Source: Camelus ferus (Eukaryota). From it: DNA of 64,000 nucleotides. The translations under genes and the position numbers were made by a program. Shown piece after piece: positions 25,901-39,704 of this stretch. The stretch is from assembly GCF_009834535.1 (NCBI RefSeq), contig NC_045696.1:14634001-14698000 (forward strand). Direction: 5' to 3'. Position 1 is the stretch's first letter; every line of letters begins with the position of its first letter. Below the pieces are notes generated by a model that was not told where the DNA came from, searched no databases, and saw only the letters and a list, made by a program, of their open reading frames with translations.

Positions 25901-26975
25901 TTTTGGGTTGATCTCCCATAAAGTAGAGAACTTGCCTTGCAGCAAGGCAGATGCACTTGAATTTGCCCTGGAAAGAGGCCTCCTCCAAGGGTTGAGGAAG
26001 AGTTTAGATTTTCTCGTCTGCATTCCACCCTTCTCCACTCCCTGAAGACTGACAGTCAGGGATTTGTGAAGTGGGCATTTATCCACTAATAAGAACAGTT
26101 CTGGGACGATTTGTTCAATTCAGGCAAGCTACAGAGAAACCATCTGTGGGTGACTACTTCTGCATGAAATTTTGAATAAACTTGAAATAATGTCCTAGAG
26201 GCAAAATTCTCTTCTTTCTCTGTCATAAGTAATCCTGAGACAAAAGAGCCTCCAGCTAGAATATGCATGTGTCCTTCAGCTTGGTAAAAAAAAAGAAATC
26301 TGTATTAAACATTGTCTCCTCTTTCCAACATATTGGCTCCTTTAAAGTTAATCAGTGTTAGCTCTCAATGTTGATTCTCAAGTTGTAGGAGGGACTAAAT
26401 TTAGATGATGACCTCCGGATTAAGGTTAACTGGGTAAGGACTATAAAGCCAAGGTGTTTCAGAACAAAACTGGGTACCTACCGTCAAGTTGTTTGCCCAT
26501 CCCCCAAGGATTTTTGACTTTGTACTCTTTTTTTATTTTTTGTACTCATAATATGATTTATTATAGTCTATGATTTATTTTATTTTTAATTGAATTTTTT
26601 TTTTAATTTTTGACTTTGTACTTTTAAAGGAGCTTACACAGAGCGATTCAACAATGTGAGTGAGCCTCAGGTGAGAGAAACATTCCTTATACTGCTGTCT
26701 GAAATAGAAATCAATATAATCTTATTAGAAAGATTTAGAAATACAGAGTTTAGCAATGCATATTTAGAGATGTAAATCCACTTGACTCTCTCAACTCTAT
26801 AAAAAATGCTATCCACATGAATACCTCCAGAGGAAAATATTTTTAAAAGAATTAAAATTCCTATGTATGGGTGGTGGAATTATAAGTTTTTTTTTCTGAA
26901 TGTCAAAACTAATTCTCTATAGCTTATCAATCAAGAGATTGAGCAGATGGGATGGTTCTTTACCCTCATTATTTT

Positions 26976-27147
26976 CTTTCTTTTTCTTAAATCTTGAATC
27001 AGTTTTTTAATCTATTTATTTATTTATTTGGGGGGAGTAATTTATATTTATTTATTTATTTGCTTTTAGATGAGGTACTGGGGATTGAACCCGGGACCTC
27101 GTGCATGCTAAGCACACACTCTACAACTTGAGCTATACACTAACCCC
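26976..27147 (-). mobile_element. tRNA-derived SINE, camelid Vic-1 type
   Basis: gaggtactggggattgaacccgggacctcgtgcatgctaagcacacactctacaacttgagctatac; minus-strand B-box GGTTCAATCCC; (TAAA)n tracts; probable TSD ctcattatttt / cttgttatttt. Confidence 0.92.
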
Positions 27148-28343
27148 CTTGTTATTTTTACTGTTTTGTAACATATCTAAAAAGTTTTCTCATCATATGC
27201 ACGCACACACACACACCCACACACACACAAAGACATATCTCTTAAAAGAAGACAAAAACCTTCTAATAAATCAGTCTAGAGCTTTTCCTTTTCAAATGGA
27301 GAAGCGGTTTTCAAGAAGAGTGATTGTACCTAAGTGTTTGGGTCAGAGCTATACCTCTCAGCCTTGTTTGCCTGTGTTAGGTCTTTTCTTCCTTCTCATT
27401 AAAAAACAATCAGTGTTTGATATGAATCACTGAAAGGATGGGGTGGTGGGATTACACGTACGGTGTGCAAACACTCACAGTCACTACTGTTTCTATGCAT
27501 GCAAAATTATTTCCTCCTTTTCCTCTTCAATGCCACTTGCTTTGGTATTCTAGATGTTAAGAAAATAGCATGTACCTATTAATGCAATTATATCCTGCTG
27601 ATGAAATACAATTATGGAAATATCTCATTCATATCAAATTTGCCTCTTATTTATAATATTGTAATCTAGCTCAGTAGTATGTTAACTACTATGTTCATAT
27701 TTACTAGATACTACTTTTTTATTATAGTAATGAGAATTATTTTATTAAATAATATTTAACCTTTTATTACTATGTAACAATACTATTTTATTATATAATA
27801 CCCTTTTATTATATTGATGCTAATAAATGTTATTTTATTATTAATAAGATATTATGATTAATAAAAGTAATATTTCATAAGTGGTATTTTGCTAAAGTCA
27901 GAAAATCAGCTTATGTCACTTACTCTAACTTCCAATTTGATCAAATATGGATATTTAGTCTGTACTCATAGCTTCTGCAAAAGGATAAAGACCTGTTGCC
28001 TGTGGTCTCTGGTAAAAGGTCACCAAATCAATATGACAGTGACAAAGGTTGAAGTAAATCGGCTTAAATAGGAAACTTTCAGGAAAAGTAAGTTACAGAA
28101 GAAACAATTTGTATAACCATTTCATCTGTGGTAATTATTGAGTATATTTATGTTCTAAATTTCTAAACTCCTGATATTTAAACTAAAAGATATTTAACAA
28201 GCTCTACCCCTAAATATTTATAAACCACATATATTAATCACATATTTATATGTGGATAAAAATCACATAGAAGTCTTAGCGCCCTGAAAATGTAATAGGA
28301 AGACAATTTAACTTATTCTACTACAAATTAATCACTAAAGGGA

Positions 28344-28722
28344 TGTTGCCTATAAGCTAAAATTATACATAATGGCAGATTTCTGGGACTCCTGTCTCCC
28401 ATGATGAGTATCAAGCTAAACTACCTTTGTTCAGCTCACAGGAAACATTCTGACCAGGCCTACCTGTGAAAGACTGCAAGAAGGAAGTAATTAGCACATG
28501 TCCTCTGGAGTCTGACCAGAACTAGGACTTTACTTCCTCCTCTTTCAGTATAAAAGAAGCCTGAATTCTAACTTAGGGAAGATGGTCCTTTGGGACAGTA
28601 GTCCACCATCTTCTTGATCTGCTGGCTTTCCAAATGAAGTCACTATTTCATACCCCAGCAATTTGTCTCTCGATTTATTGGCCTGTTGTGTGGCTAGCAG
28701 CATGAGCTTTGGCTCAGTAACA
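28344..28722 (+). mobile_element. MER41-like ERV1 solo LTR
   Basis: TGTTGCC...GTAACA termini; TATAAAA near 28549; 3' part tccaccatcttcttgatctgctggctttcc...gatttattggcctg...gcagcatgagctttggctcagtaaca matches the recalled MER41-group U5. TSD not clean. Confidence 0.82.
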
Positions 28723-29084
28723 AGAATATCACCAAAATTGTCTATTTGAGGTATTTCTTTTTATAAATAAGGAAAGATAGGTACATAACTAACACTAGAT
28801 AAGTGAATAGAATCCATGACTCCACAACTCCAGTCCAGAGAATTTTCCAAGTGTGCAAGACTTACTATGCTAAATTCTGGGGGTTCTTAAACTAGCGGTG
28901 GTGCCATGTAGTCTTAAAACTGACAAACAAATGCAGACTCTCTTCTCATGTGGTGCCCAGCATGTGCCATGTACCTGATGCTACCACCTGTTGTAAAATA
29001 CATGGAAGTCAAAGAGGAATAAAACGAGGGATGATCTACTCAGCAACATGTTCTCTACAAGGTCCCTTCAATATTTAACCCAGT

Positions 29085-29235
29085 TACTTGTTACAGCCAC
29101 CTTTAGAATGATACTTTGCAATCCCTACGATACAAATGAGGATACTGGATTCACAGATTTGAGTCACGAACTCAAAAAAGCAAAATCAAAGTTTTAACCA
29201 AATTGTCTGATTATAAAAATTCCAGGTGGTCTCTC
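29085..29235 (-). mobile_element. MIR SINE
   Basis: atccctacgatacaaatgaggatactggattcacaga...ttttaaccaaattgtctgatt. Confidence 0.5.
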
Positions 29236-32200
29236 CTGACTCAGAAGGTATCTATGACCCTTTAGTAAAGTATTTGGCTTAAGATTCACGACATTGTTTG
29301 TCTTTTTATTATTATTATTATTTTTATTTAGAGAGAACGATCGATGTCATTCTGAAGAGAGATGTCTATCAATCAAGTAAAGAATTTGTATTTATTCTTG
29401 TTCAACGTACTTGAGACAGGAAATCAATGACACCCTCAAAACAGAATAATGAGAAAGTTATCGACACCAATATTAAACAAAGGCACAGGCTAGGTATAGG
29501 GGAACTTCAGAGGAAGCTAGGCCAGCACCAGTGAAGCTATTAGCTAGCCTAGACTTAAAAGCAGGGACCGATTACTGGAGCCTGGATAAGGGTCATAGAA
29601 AACAAGCTGCTTTGAGAGGAGTAGAGACCTATGCCTGGAGGCAACCCCACAGGAAGGCAACAGAAGGTTTACCTAATACCGTAAGTGACTCTCATTCCTC
29701 CCTCTGATGGTAGGTGAGGACTCCCGGCCATTTACTTGATCACCAACTCAATGCAAACAAATCAGCTGATGGAGTGCCAGTAAAGCAATGCCAACTCAGG
29801 CTATATTAGTAGATAGATAGCTTTCAGGACTAGGAGATTGTTGCTACGCACTATTCTGAGTTGGCCCTTTAGCACAGTTTTGCTCATTTCTGGGAAATTC
29901 ATTTTAAGAAAACATTGGGAAAAAAATGCACTTTGAAAGAAAGAACACCCATATGGCAGAGCCCAGAATAGGCTAGACACTGAGGAAAAAGACAAGGAAA
30001 AGTGTGCTATAGCCAAAGTATATTAAAAACCCATTCATGGTTAATGAAGGAAGAGAAATACCACTCAGATTATTTTAAGCCAAAAAGGGAGATCTTGGCT
30101 CACTTAATGAAGAAGACCGAGGAGGGTCTTGTTTTGTGCCAACCTCTAGAAATTTCTCTCTACTAGAGACACAGCATATACTTCTGATCACCCCAACCAC
30201 ATGCCACCAAGACAGTCTCACCAAGGCTACAAGGAGTAAAGGAAGTAATGAAAGCTTAAAGAAGGGATGTGGCCAGAGAAAAACAACATATTCACTGCAG
30301 GACATGAGCAGGGTCCTTAAAAGATGCTCATGGGCAAAGAGAATTAGTCTTGGTCTATGTAGGTCCACAGGACTTAAATTGGACACTTACAGAGGGTCAG
30401 ATAGTGACTAAATTATTTAAATCTGTTTATAAATGAAATCAGCACTGAGACACCTATCACTAGAAGTGCTTCAGCAAAGAGTAAAAAAATGTTTCTTTCT
30501 AGGTCTAAGGGTCTCTGTGTGATCTATTAGAGAGTAGAGCTTGACAACACATTTGTTTTTTCCAGCAAGCATTTAAAATTCTGTTTCTTTCTCCACCAGA
30601 TTCCCCCAGAGTTCAACATGTGGAAGAGAATCTCCTTGCTCCGGGCACAGTGATATTGCAATGAATCACAGAATTACTTATTAGAAAGCACAAAATGTGC
30701 ATGAACTGACAATGAGTAGGCTGTAGGGATAAGAAGCATGGAAAGAAATGTTTTCTTTTTACGTAAAGCAAACCAAAACAAAACTCATCACTCTGTCCTT
30801 TGCTGAAAGAAGGTGGAGAATGAAAGCAGTTATCAGTAATACACAACATTATGCAGTTCTCAATAAGAAAAAGACTTCGGTAAATCATTAAAAAGAATGA
30901 TTTCTCATCTCAGTACTACTTCGAAGTAAGCACCGTAGCTGTCCAAAAGATCTCGTGTTCTGCTCTGTTGAAAAACAAAACAAAACAAGGCAAAGACATC
31001 AGTTCAGTATGTTGTAAAGAATTTAGAATGGATTGAAAGAGAACAAGACAGTCTTATGGACAAAAAAATCAAGTACTTGTTCGTAAAAGTGTATTAAATC
31101 TGAGACTAAAATTAAGATTGCACTTGAAAGAAGAAAGATGAATACTGAATATTTGATGTACCTTTCTAAGATTAAGTTTATTAAAAGAAGATTATTAATC
31201 CTTGATAAATGTGCATGATTATACACTAGTGTTTCTCATGCAGTGGTTCTTTTATTGAATGTTTCTTATCTTTAAATGTTAGTTAATCTCCAGAAATGGC
31301 AGTATAAATACATTGTGCATTCTTGGGGCTTTTTAAAAGGTTATAAAAATGACTTAGGTTATTTATTGCATGCATTTATAAATTAACCCAAGTGTAAATA
31401 AATGTCTGTGAACAAATAGAAAATGTTCCATTTTCTACCAAAGTGCTCTGTGATGATATTTAACTATTTATACCCTGGATTTGTCAAATAGTAATGAGAA
31501 AACATTTCTCTACTTCACTGGGATCTTGAAGGACTAACTTCAGTTACACTGAAAAAATTCAGTAACCTTCTCAGAAGAAGTCCTTATAAATATTTCTAAG
31601 ACATTCTTGTTATTATAAAACCACTATTGAGTGAATTTCTCTGGGAATAGGATGTTCCAGTTAATTTAATTTAATTTTCTGTTGATCTAAGCATTAGTGG
31701 ATAGAAACTATTTTATTTCTGTCTACATTGTTAAAATGGTTTATAAAACCTCTTGCATGAACACAGTCCAGGGACTGTTAACAATCCTCTGTATAATAAT
31801 TTATAATTTGCTACTATTTATACAGTATCGATAATGTATTGAAAATTGAACTATGCTCATACTGACACCAGTTGAGATGGGTTGTTGATTGATCATCCTT
31901 GAAATTAAATTGTCTTTGTCCATGTACCCTCTCCTTGTATTTAAAGTCATAGTTATCTGGATTCTAGTTTGATTGTTACTTATTACTCTTTAAAAGCAGT
32001 TGTAATACAAGCTCACTAAAAATTTCAGGGAGAAAGTATTCTAAAATTTGAAAGAATTTCATGGAATATTAAGAAAAAATAGTAAATATAATCAATCTCA
32101 CAATAAAAAAAAGAAAGTGCTTTATGTTGATATCTCATTACCATCACATATTCTCTGTTCTACCAATGCTTTCAACTGATAGACAAATTCATTTGGGATT

Positions 32201-32505
32201 GCACCTCTTCTCTGTCTTTTCTTTATTTCAAGGCTGATGCTAAACAACCATTTTCCTATAATTTGAGTAGCAGCTAATCATGTGATTTTACTGAACATGC
32301 AGATTAGAAATCCGATTGTCTGGTGTCTGTCCTTTCCAACATTATTTAAATTCTTTAAATAATTTTAATTATTTAATTAAAAATTTTAAATTAAGGCACT
32401 AGCAGAGGAAAGCTAGTAAACACTAGTTCATTTTCCTAGTTGATTGTAGGTATGTATTAATTCATTAAGCTTCAGATTATATAGCTGGAGCCAGACCAAA
32501 AGAAG

Positions 32506-34220
32506 GAGATTTCTGCTTCTGGCTAGGATGTAAGAAGTTGGAAGGAACATTGCTTGCATTCTAACAGTAAGATAAAGTGAAATAAACTATAAGATCATAA
32601 CTTTTTTGAGTTTACCAGGAAGCTGAGGCTGTAATCCACCCAAATTATTCCAATTCCACAGAGAAACATGCCCATACACGAGGAGATAAGGCAGTCTAGA
32701 TAACCAGCGTCAGAGCACTGGGGGAAGCAGAGGCTGCTTAGCAGATACTAAAAATGGAAACAAGAAAAACAAAATCAGCTGAAATTCTAGCAAATTATTA
32801 AAGATCAAGCGTAAACAACTATTGTCCATGTAAGACCAGAAGGACGGGGGCCCAGACCGCAACATCATTCTCATTATCTTACAAGCTTTTTTTTTTTAAA
32901 TGAACCTCTCTTAGTAACTCAAAAGAAAATATGGAGGCAGGGCTGCAGACCAAAAAGAGCTCCTCTCTTTGGTGGAATCTTGCAGAAAATGATCCTTAGC
33001 TGCTGGGGGGAAGATACAAAGCCCTATTTCCCTTAAACTCTTTTCTCCTATGAAACAAAAACCTGTAGCTCCCAGCAGAGAAACAACACGCCATCACCTT
33101 AAGGGCATAGCAAAGACATTGTCACTGGGGAAATGGAAGAGAAACCTTTGTATTCCAGGATGGGGTTAAGAAAGCTGTGCTGGGCTTAGAATCTTCATCC
33201 AAGCTCTATTAGAGGTTTGCTTCAAATGGGTTAAGATTAGGGAATACCTGGTAAAGACCAATACAAATCAAAGACAAAGTGTGGGTGACATGGGGAGAAA
33301 AAATGCTGAGAAAGTTCCCCCACTTTGCTCCCCATGAGGCTGGGCACACACAATCTGCCTAAACTGAGGCTAAAACTGGACAGCAGTAAATTCTTGCTGG
33401 CCAACACTCTAGCCCAGAATCCTATAACAGACAAAAGCAGTCTACCACTGTGGGGAAGAAATAGCATGGAGCGAGACCCCCTATAGTGCAGGTACGCAGA
33501 GATGATGAAAGTTGAGGGTGGACCACAAACATTGAGAAAAAATACTACCCACCCCCCCACCAATCAGCACTCCAGCCACAAAGCAACAGTCCTGATAAAA
33601 GTATGTGAAGACTATAAGAAATGGTAGAAGAAATAGCAATGGAAAAACACAAACTCTGTTCAACTGAAAAATGTTCGATTAACACAAAAGACATCAGGAA
33701 AGAGGAGAGGTAAGGATTGAAAGCAGAGGTAAGAGAAAGCAAACAAATGATAAAGTGGTAGACATAATTCCAAATATCAAGAATTATGTTAAATGTAAAT
33801 GATCTAAAAATCAATTAAAATTCAGAGATTGTCAGAATGGGCAAAAAAATTATCCAAATATATTCTGCTTATAAAAAAGTTACTTGATACAAATAAGTTA
33901 AAAGTATAAGGATAAAAATAGATATATCATGGAAACATTAATCAAAATAGAACTGAAGTGACTAAATAAATATCAGACAAAGTAGACTTCAGAGCAGAGA
34001 AATTTACCAGGACCAAAGAGCCATTTTGCATAACAATAAAGGTGTCAATTCACCTCATCAAGAAGATACAAAAAACTTAATTGGGTATATACCTAGTAAC
34101 AGAGATTTAAATTATGTAAAGCAAAAACTGATAAAAGTGAAAGGACAAATACACAGATCTATATTACAGTTGGAGACTTCAATACTCCTCCCTCAGTAAT
34201 GGAAAGAAAATTAGTAAGAG
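32506..34220 (+). mobile_element. Old L1 (L1M-type): 5'UTR-like segment joined to a degraded ORF2 endonuclease segment
   Basis: 33760-34220 resembles L1 EN-coding DNA (ttatgttaaatgtaaatgatctaaa...attaaaattcagagattgtcagaatgg; atatcagacaaagtagacttcagagc; gttggagacttcaatactcc, the VGDFNTP motif). The upstream part resembles an old L1 5' end (ttctgcttctggctaggatg). Confidence 0.75.
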
Positions 34221-34404
34221 GTGGGCTTGCTGGACAATGAATTGAAAACACTGAATCTGATCACTAACGCAGATAAACATGTAAAGTGAAATAATGGTTA
34301 ACCTATATTTCCACAGTCTCTTAGCAAAGTATCTAGTAGTTATGCTCTCGCTGAATTAGACAGTAAAATCAATGACATGCATACACACATACCTCCTCAC
34401 CCCT

Positions 34405-34407
<3 letters not shown>

Positions 34408-34448
<41 letters not shown>
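34408..34448. repeat. (CA)n microsatellite, about 20 units
   Basis: Read directly from the sequence. Confidence 0.97.
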
Positions 34449-34451
<3 letters not shown>

Positions 34452-34749
34452 ACAATTCCCTTACCTTCACAACACCTGTTTAGAGGCTAATAATATTTGG
34501 TGCTTTCATATGTGAAACACTAATATATAAAACAATGAGTTAGTTAACTGCAATGATTTTAATGCTCACTCTGTTCTAAACATCAGTCACTTCACATTTA
34601 TAAATACAGAGCAGTATGAAAAGAAAAAAAAATTATGAAACTTAGAGATAAACTTGGGAAAAGTCTAAAGTCTGATTACCTGACTTTGCCAAGGATTGTC
34701 AATAAATTTAAATCATAATTGCTGATGCCGTAGGGAAAGACTAAGATGA

Positions 34750-35467
34750 AGATCTACTGTGTCCCGAGCTAGGCGATCATATGGTGCTTGTCTAACCAAT
34801 CTTCTCAAACTACTGGCTCCGCATTTGTTTGGAAAAGAGTCTGAGTGCCCTGTGGTGAAGTATGAAGATGAAGTGCCCTGCTGGCTACTCTTAGACACCT
34901 CTCCTGAGTTCCTGCTATAAACTTGAATACCCCACTAAGCAAAACAAGGAACTCCAGATCTATTTTTCTAAGAAGGTATTTTACTGTAGTCTGTTCTTGC
35001 CTAATCATGCCTCTTTTGCCAATCCCCAAAATTACCTCTGCTGAGAAAAAATTCTAGTAAACACAGTTTTTCTACTTCATTAGAGTTTAAATGAGTCCCA
35101 GGATAGCAGGTGAAAATCAAGTGGATCCTGCACCTTTCCCAAAATGGGGCAACTTCCTGTTTTGTACCATCTAGAGAATGTGTGCGTTTCACGTCTGGAG
35201 AGGCTCCCCCAAGGCTCTCCCAGTCACCCTGCCAGCAGAGGGATCTTCTAGGAGAAAGATAAGTGGCAGAAAAGAACCTTTATCTTTTTTTTTTTTTTCC
35301 TAGTGTTTGTGGCAAGGATATTTTGGGGGAGTCTCAATATCACATGGATTCAACAGCTGAATGGTGTGCTTGCAACCCTCACCCAGTAGGGGCTGCAAGA
35401 GTTCAAGTGTGCTGTTATCTTCCTTCAGTAACTAAAGATCCCCCTATAAAGATATATTTATGGTGAC
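34750..35467 (-). mobile_element. Ancient LTR, possibly LTR78-like
   Basis: Minus strand begins TGTCACCATAAATATATCTTT...TAGTTACTGAAGG; GC content above the flanks; left boundary uncertain. Confidence 0.4.
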
Positions 35468-38400
35468 ACTTAAGAAAAAGAAAACCCTTAGCTGTGGTAC
35501 TGAGACATTTTTATAAAATTGATTTTTCAAAAGAAAAACTAAAATTTTACTGTTTTTCTCTCCTCTTTCAAGAATCTTATCCTTGTCCACTTGCTTAACT
35601 GAACTAATTCCCTTGCTTGAAAGAGAAAGGAAAAGAGCATCCCATTTTTTCTTTTCTTAATTTTGTCAATGCAAGGTCATACAAAAATATATGGGGGAGT
35701 TTATTCTAATTATACCACTTTTAGTAGTGTGCCGGCTGGCTGATTTTGGTTGCTGGTGGCAATTTTATAGCAACATTGCAGAAAAGATTCTAAGTCAAAG
35801 CTAGTTCTGCTGAAAAATGAAGGAAGTGAGAAAAGGCTGAGACTAATGGAAAAAAGAGCTTAGACAGCTAAACATTAAATAAAGGGTAACTGCACAAGGG
35901 AAAAAAAGATCTCAGTGGCCAGAGGAAAACTACAGAAGCATATTTCCCTCCCCCATAACTACACACTAGCACAAAAATGCTTCTTTATCATTTATGAATT
36001 ATTAACCATTTTTTTTTAGTTGGGCTCCTTGTCTTCCACTAACTTATGAATTTGACTTACTTTGTAATATCATCTTATTGAATATCATGGTATGTGTACA
36101 TTGTATAAATAGCTTAAACTTCTGATACCAGGGGTAGAGACATGCAGTGACTGAGATAACAAAATCTCTAAATTTGAAAATATTGCAACCGAAGGGGAGA
36201 AATTCTACCATCTGTTATTTCCATTGAGAATCAGTATCATATAGCAAGCTATTCAAGACTTTAGAAATGATTTCATCATTTTTTATAATACAGATAAGAA
36301 ACAGAACAGTGACTCAAGAGTTCTGATTCCATAAACAGAAGTTTCATGCTGACTCTAAGCTACAGGAAGTGTCTAGATATTCCTGTAACAAGTTTCAAGT
36401 AGTTGAAACTAACTCTTTAAGCCCAGCTAGAGAGAATGATCGAAACTAAGTGGTAACAGCATGAAGCACCATTTTGCATCGTGTATAATGAAGGGGTGTG
36501 TTAACTTTCCATTTTACTTCTTCTCTTCCACTGCCTAATTCTGGAATCCAAATTTTAATAGTTTTCAGCTAGACTTTCTGTTCAGGAAAATAGGATCATT
36601 ATACGTGGAAAAGAGGCTTAGATTCTTACTTATGTATAATTCATAAGAAAGTTAGCAAGAAACTGAACAAAATTAGGAAATAATCTGAACAGAAATAGAC
36701 CTCTATATATTTAAGATTAGTTACATGTATTTGTTGCATTTGGAAATCTGTCTTCACCATTTTGAAACCAGTGATGTAGCTTATGAAATCTTGTATTTTG
36801 AGTAAACTGTGTTAGTATATGCTGTTGAATAAAAATAATTGTTGCTACCTCTAGCTTATAGTAGTCCCAGGGCATAGGAATAATAAAATTATTATTAACC
36901 AGGTTGGTTTCCTGAAAGACGGCTGGCAAGTTGTGCTTTGATTCCAACTAAAGAGTGAATGTATCAGTCTTTACTGTGCAACTTTGATATCATTTTTGAT
37001 AAAGTCATATGCTCAACTTAGCAAAATTGGGTGAAGGATTAAAATCAAGATTCCCCTATAGAAATATGCCAGGGGCTTACAGTACCACTAGGAACAGAGG
37101 TGGAGCTGGAAGAATTACTGGAGGATGGAGAAGCAGTAACAAAAAATAAAGAGGAAAGGGTGTGCTGTAACTTAGACTAAAGTGAAGCAAAACCTTACTA
37201 CTTTTTCCTAAGAATATTGAGCCGAACGCTATTTCATATGTACTGCCTTGCTTTCCACCCTGAGCTTCAACTCCATCTGCCACCGCAGGACTGTGTGTCC
37301 TTTGCTTGGAGCTGACACAGAACTGTTCTTTCTTCTAATTAAAACAGTTAGGGATGTTACTGATTAAAGGTGGGGAAGCAGAGACCTGTTTTCATTTTAT
37401 TCCAAATTAGTTTGAGTTCACCCAAGATCAAAGGAAACCCAGACTTGTGAAAATAAACAGAACACAAACAAGGAATTTGTTGACCTGACGCTATTTTTTT
37501 TTGAAGCAAAATTCCTGTGACCCTTAGGAAGGAAGGCTGGCTCAGCCACCGTGCCACCAGCAAGGGCTCTTCCAGCCACAGAATGTTAAGGGTTCCCTGC
37601 CTCTGAATGTATGTTATGAAAATGAGGTTTTCATAACACAGAATCCAATCAGGATATTTTCAAAGGTCCAAGCACAAGTGGATTTACATTGAAACATATG
37701 AGCACCTACATGCAAGTGTGCACACGCACACATGCTCATACACACTTGGCCCACGTGCAACAGCGCACTTGCCTGGGAATTTTGATCATGTATGTCCCAT
37801 CAAGACATCCCTTTGCTTGTAACATCTCAGCCACTTAGTAGGATGCATGATTAAAACAATAATCCTTTCAAGTGTACAATATCCTTTCCTACTGTATGTG
37901 AAACATCAGGCTGTTTTTTCTAGAATCAATTATTTTTATGATGCTTCTTATTCTTTCTATTCTTTTTCTCAGAATAATTATAAAAATCTTCTCCTCTAAA
38001 GTCCTAAAATTGTAAGCTGCTTTTCATTGAACCCCAGGTGCCAGATGCAAAGGAGAACTCTTACAAAGAATGGGAGAGAGTAGAAAAGTGAACATTTTGG
38101 GGTTTGGAGTTATTGTGAAAGTTTGGATTAAAATAAGGTTGGCCCAAAGTAGACAGGTGTGCTGTAATACAAATACGTTTCTCCCTGATCCTAAATAAAG
38201 TCCTCTGTAACCTTCACAGAATAAGTCATGTTTCTCATGAAGTCCACAATGATTTCCAAATTGAACACATAATGAAAAAGACATACAGCTCTTAAGAATA
38301 CAACTAATATTGATATTTAAATGTTAAATTTAAAGATGTGTATGAAGTCAATGCATACTCACCATTTATTTAACAGACATGGGTGAGCAAAACTGGATTC

Positions 38401-39107
38401 TTCTATTTCCCACTGTAATGGGAAAGAACAAATCCACACCTTCACAAACGCTAAAATGAGTTCAAGTATCAGAGCTCTAGGGTCAGATTTTTGAAAAATT
38501 ATGGGCCAACAAATATGAACCAAAGTTTTCAGAATTAAGTATTTCATAACATGTTTAAATTGCTTGGTGGTCTTGTGAACCTTCAGTGTTTGTTCGTGTC
38601 TAGAGCAGAGATTCTCTCCCAGATAACTTTTGAAACGAAGCTGAACAGATGAAATAAATGTGTCCTTAATAAATGTTTCAAGCTATTTATTTTATAGCAT
38701 CTTCTGTACTCAGGATAGATGAAGAATGCAAACTGAAAGAGAAAGAAGAGATTGAGAGAAAGCCAATGACAGACACTTTATCCAAAATTGAAAATAGTGG
38801 CTTTCAAGAAAATTGTCTTGGCTTAAGTGTGATTTATTATTTTATCTTTCTTAGAGTATTCAAGAAACAATACAACATTAAATTTATATCACCTTTAATT
38901 TATATAAGGTTGATGCTTCGTTTTTGTTTTTTTTTTTCCTGTTTTTTTCTAAGGCAAGCATAAAAAGTAATTCAGATGTATACAAGTTTCCACTTTTTTC
39001 ATTCCTTTTTTTCCAAATCTCTGAGTTAAATAATAGACATATAATTGTTTTGTGTGACCCTTTTTCATTATGTAATTTAATACTTGGACCAAGAAACCCA
39101 AATAAAG

Positions 39108-39563
39108 TGTTGTGGGAGGAGGAAAATCAAAATAGAGTCGGTATCGCTGTGAGAACTCTCTAAAGTAGAGTCTGGAGACCACTGAGGAAGCATGACTTAC
39201 ATGCTGCTCCTCAGCCTGAATGGAATATGATTTTCTGACCACTTATTGTCCCGACAAAGACATCCAAGAACATCTGCCAGAAACTCAAGATGCTTCTCAG
39301 ATCCTTACGCTAAAATGACTACTGACAACCACCTCATAAGGACAAGTATTTCCTTTCTTGTGTCAGAGTACAGCTTTTGCATTTATAAGCCCCAGACTCT
39401 CTTCCTTGGAACAATCTTTGGGTTTTACCAGAAGCTATGTCCCCAAATTGCAATTTTTAAGACCCCAAATCAACTCTTTTTTTTTTTTTTATTTACAGAC
39501 TTCTGTGTCTTTTGTTTTGCTTTGTGTGGTTTTGTGTTTTGTTTTGTTTTGTTTTGCTTGACA
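39108..39563 (+). mobile_element. ERV1-type solo LTR with an internal (GTTTT)n expansion
   Basis: TGTTG...aaaatagagtc start, tttataag TATA-like motif, ccccaaattgcaatttttaagaccccaaatcaactc R-like region, TTGACA end. TSD not recognisable. Confidence 0.7.
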
Positions 39564-39704
39564 GTAGAATGAAAAAGACTTGGGATCACTTTTAAAAATT
39601 CACAGTCTTCTTATAATTTAGTATGCAAAGTCTCATTGATAAAAGTACTAGGAATCTTAGCAAGTCTAAAATGAATTCAGAGAAAGAGAAGTTGTTATGA
39701 TATC

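Noticed and set aside
27070..27147. tRNA gene
   Set aside because: A and B boxes are present but are followed by the SINE body, (TAAA)n and an A-tail, so this is a tRNA-derived SINE. The same applies to 18789-18933.
27640..27880. Extremely AT-rich tract as a functional element (MAR or origin)
   Set aside because: Low-complexity ATT/TAT sequence with nothing beyond composition to support a function.
29350..29800. Possible additional ancient LTR
   Set aside because: LTR-like composition, but I could not identify termini, a TSD or a family with enough confidence to list it.
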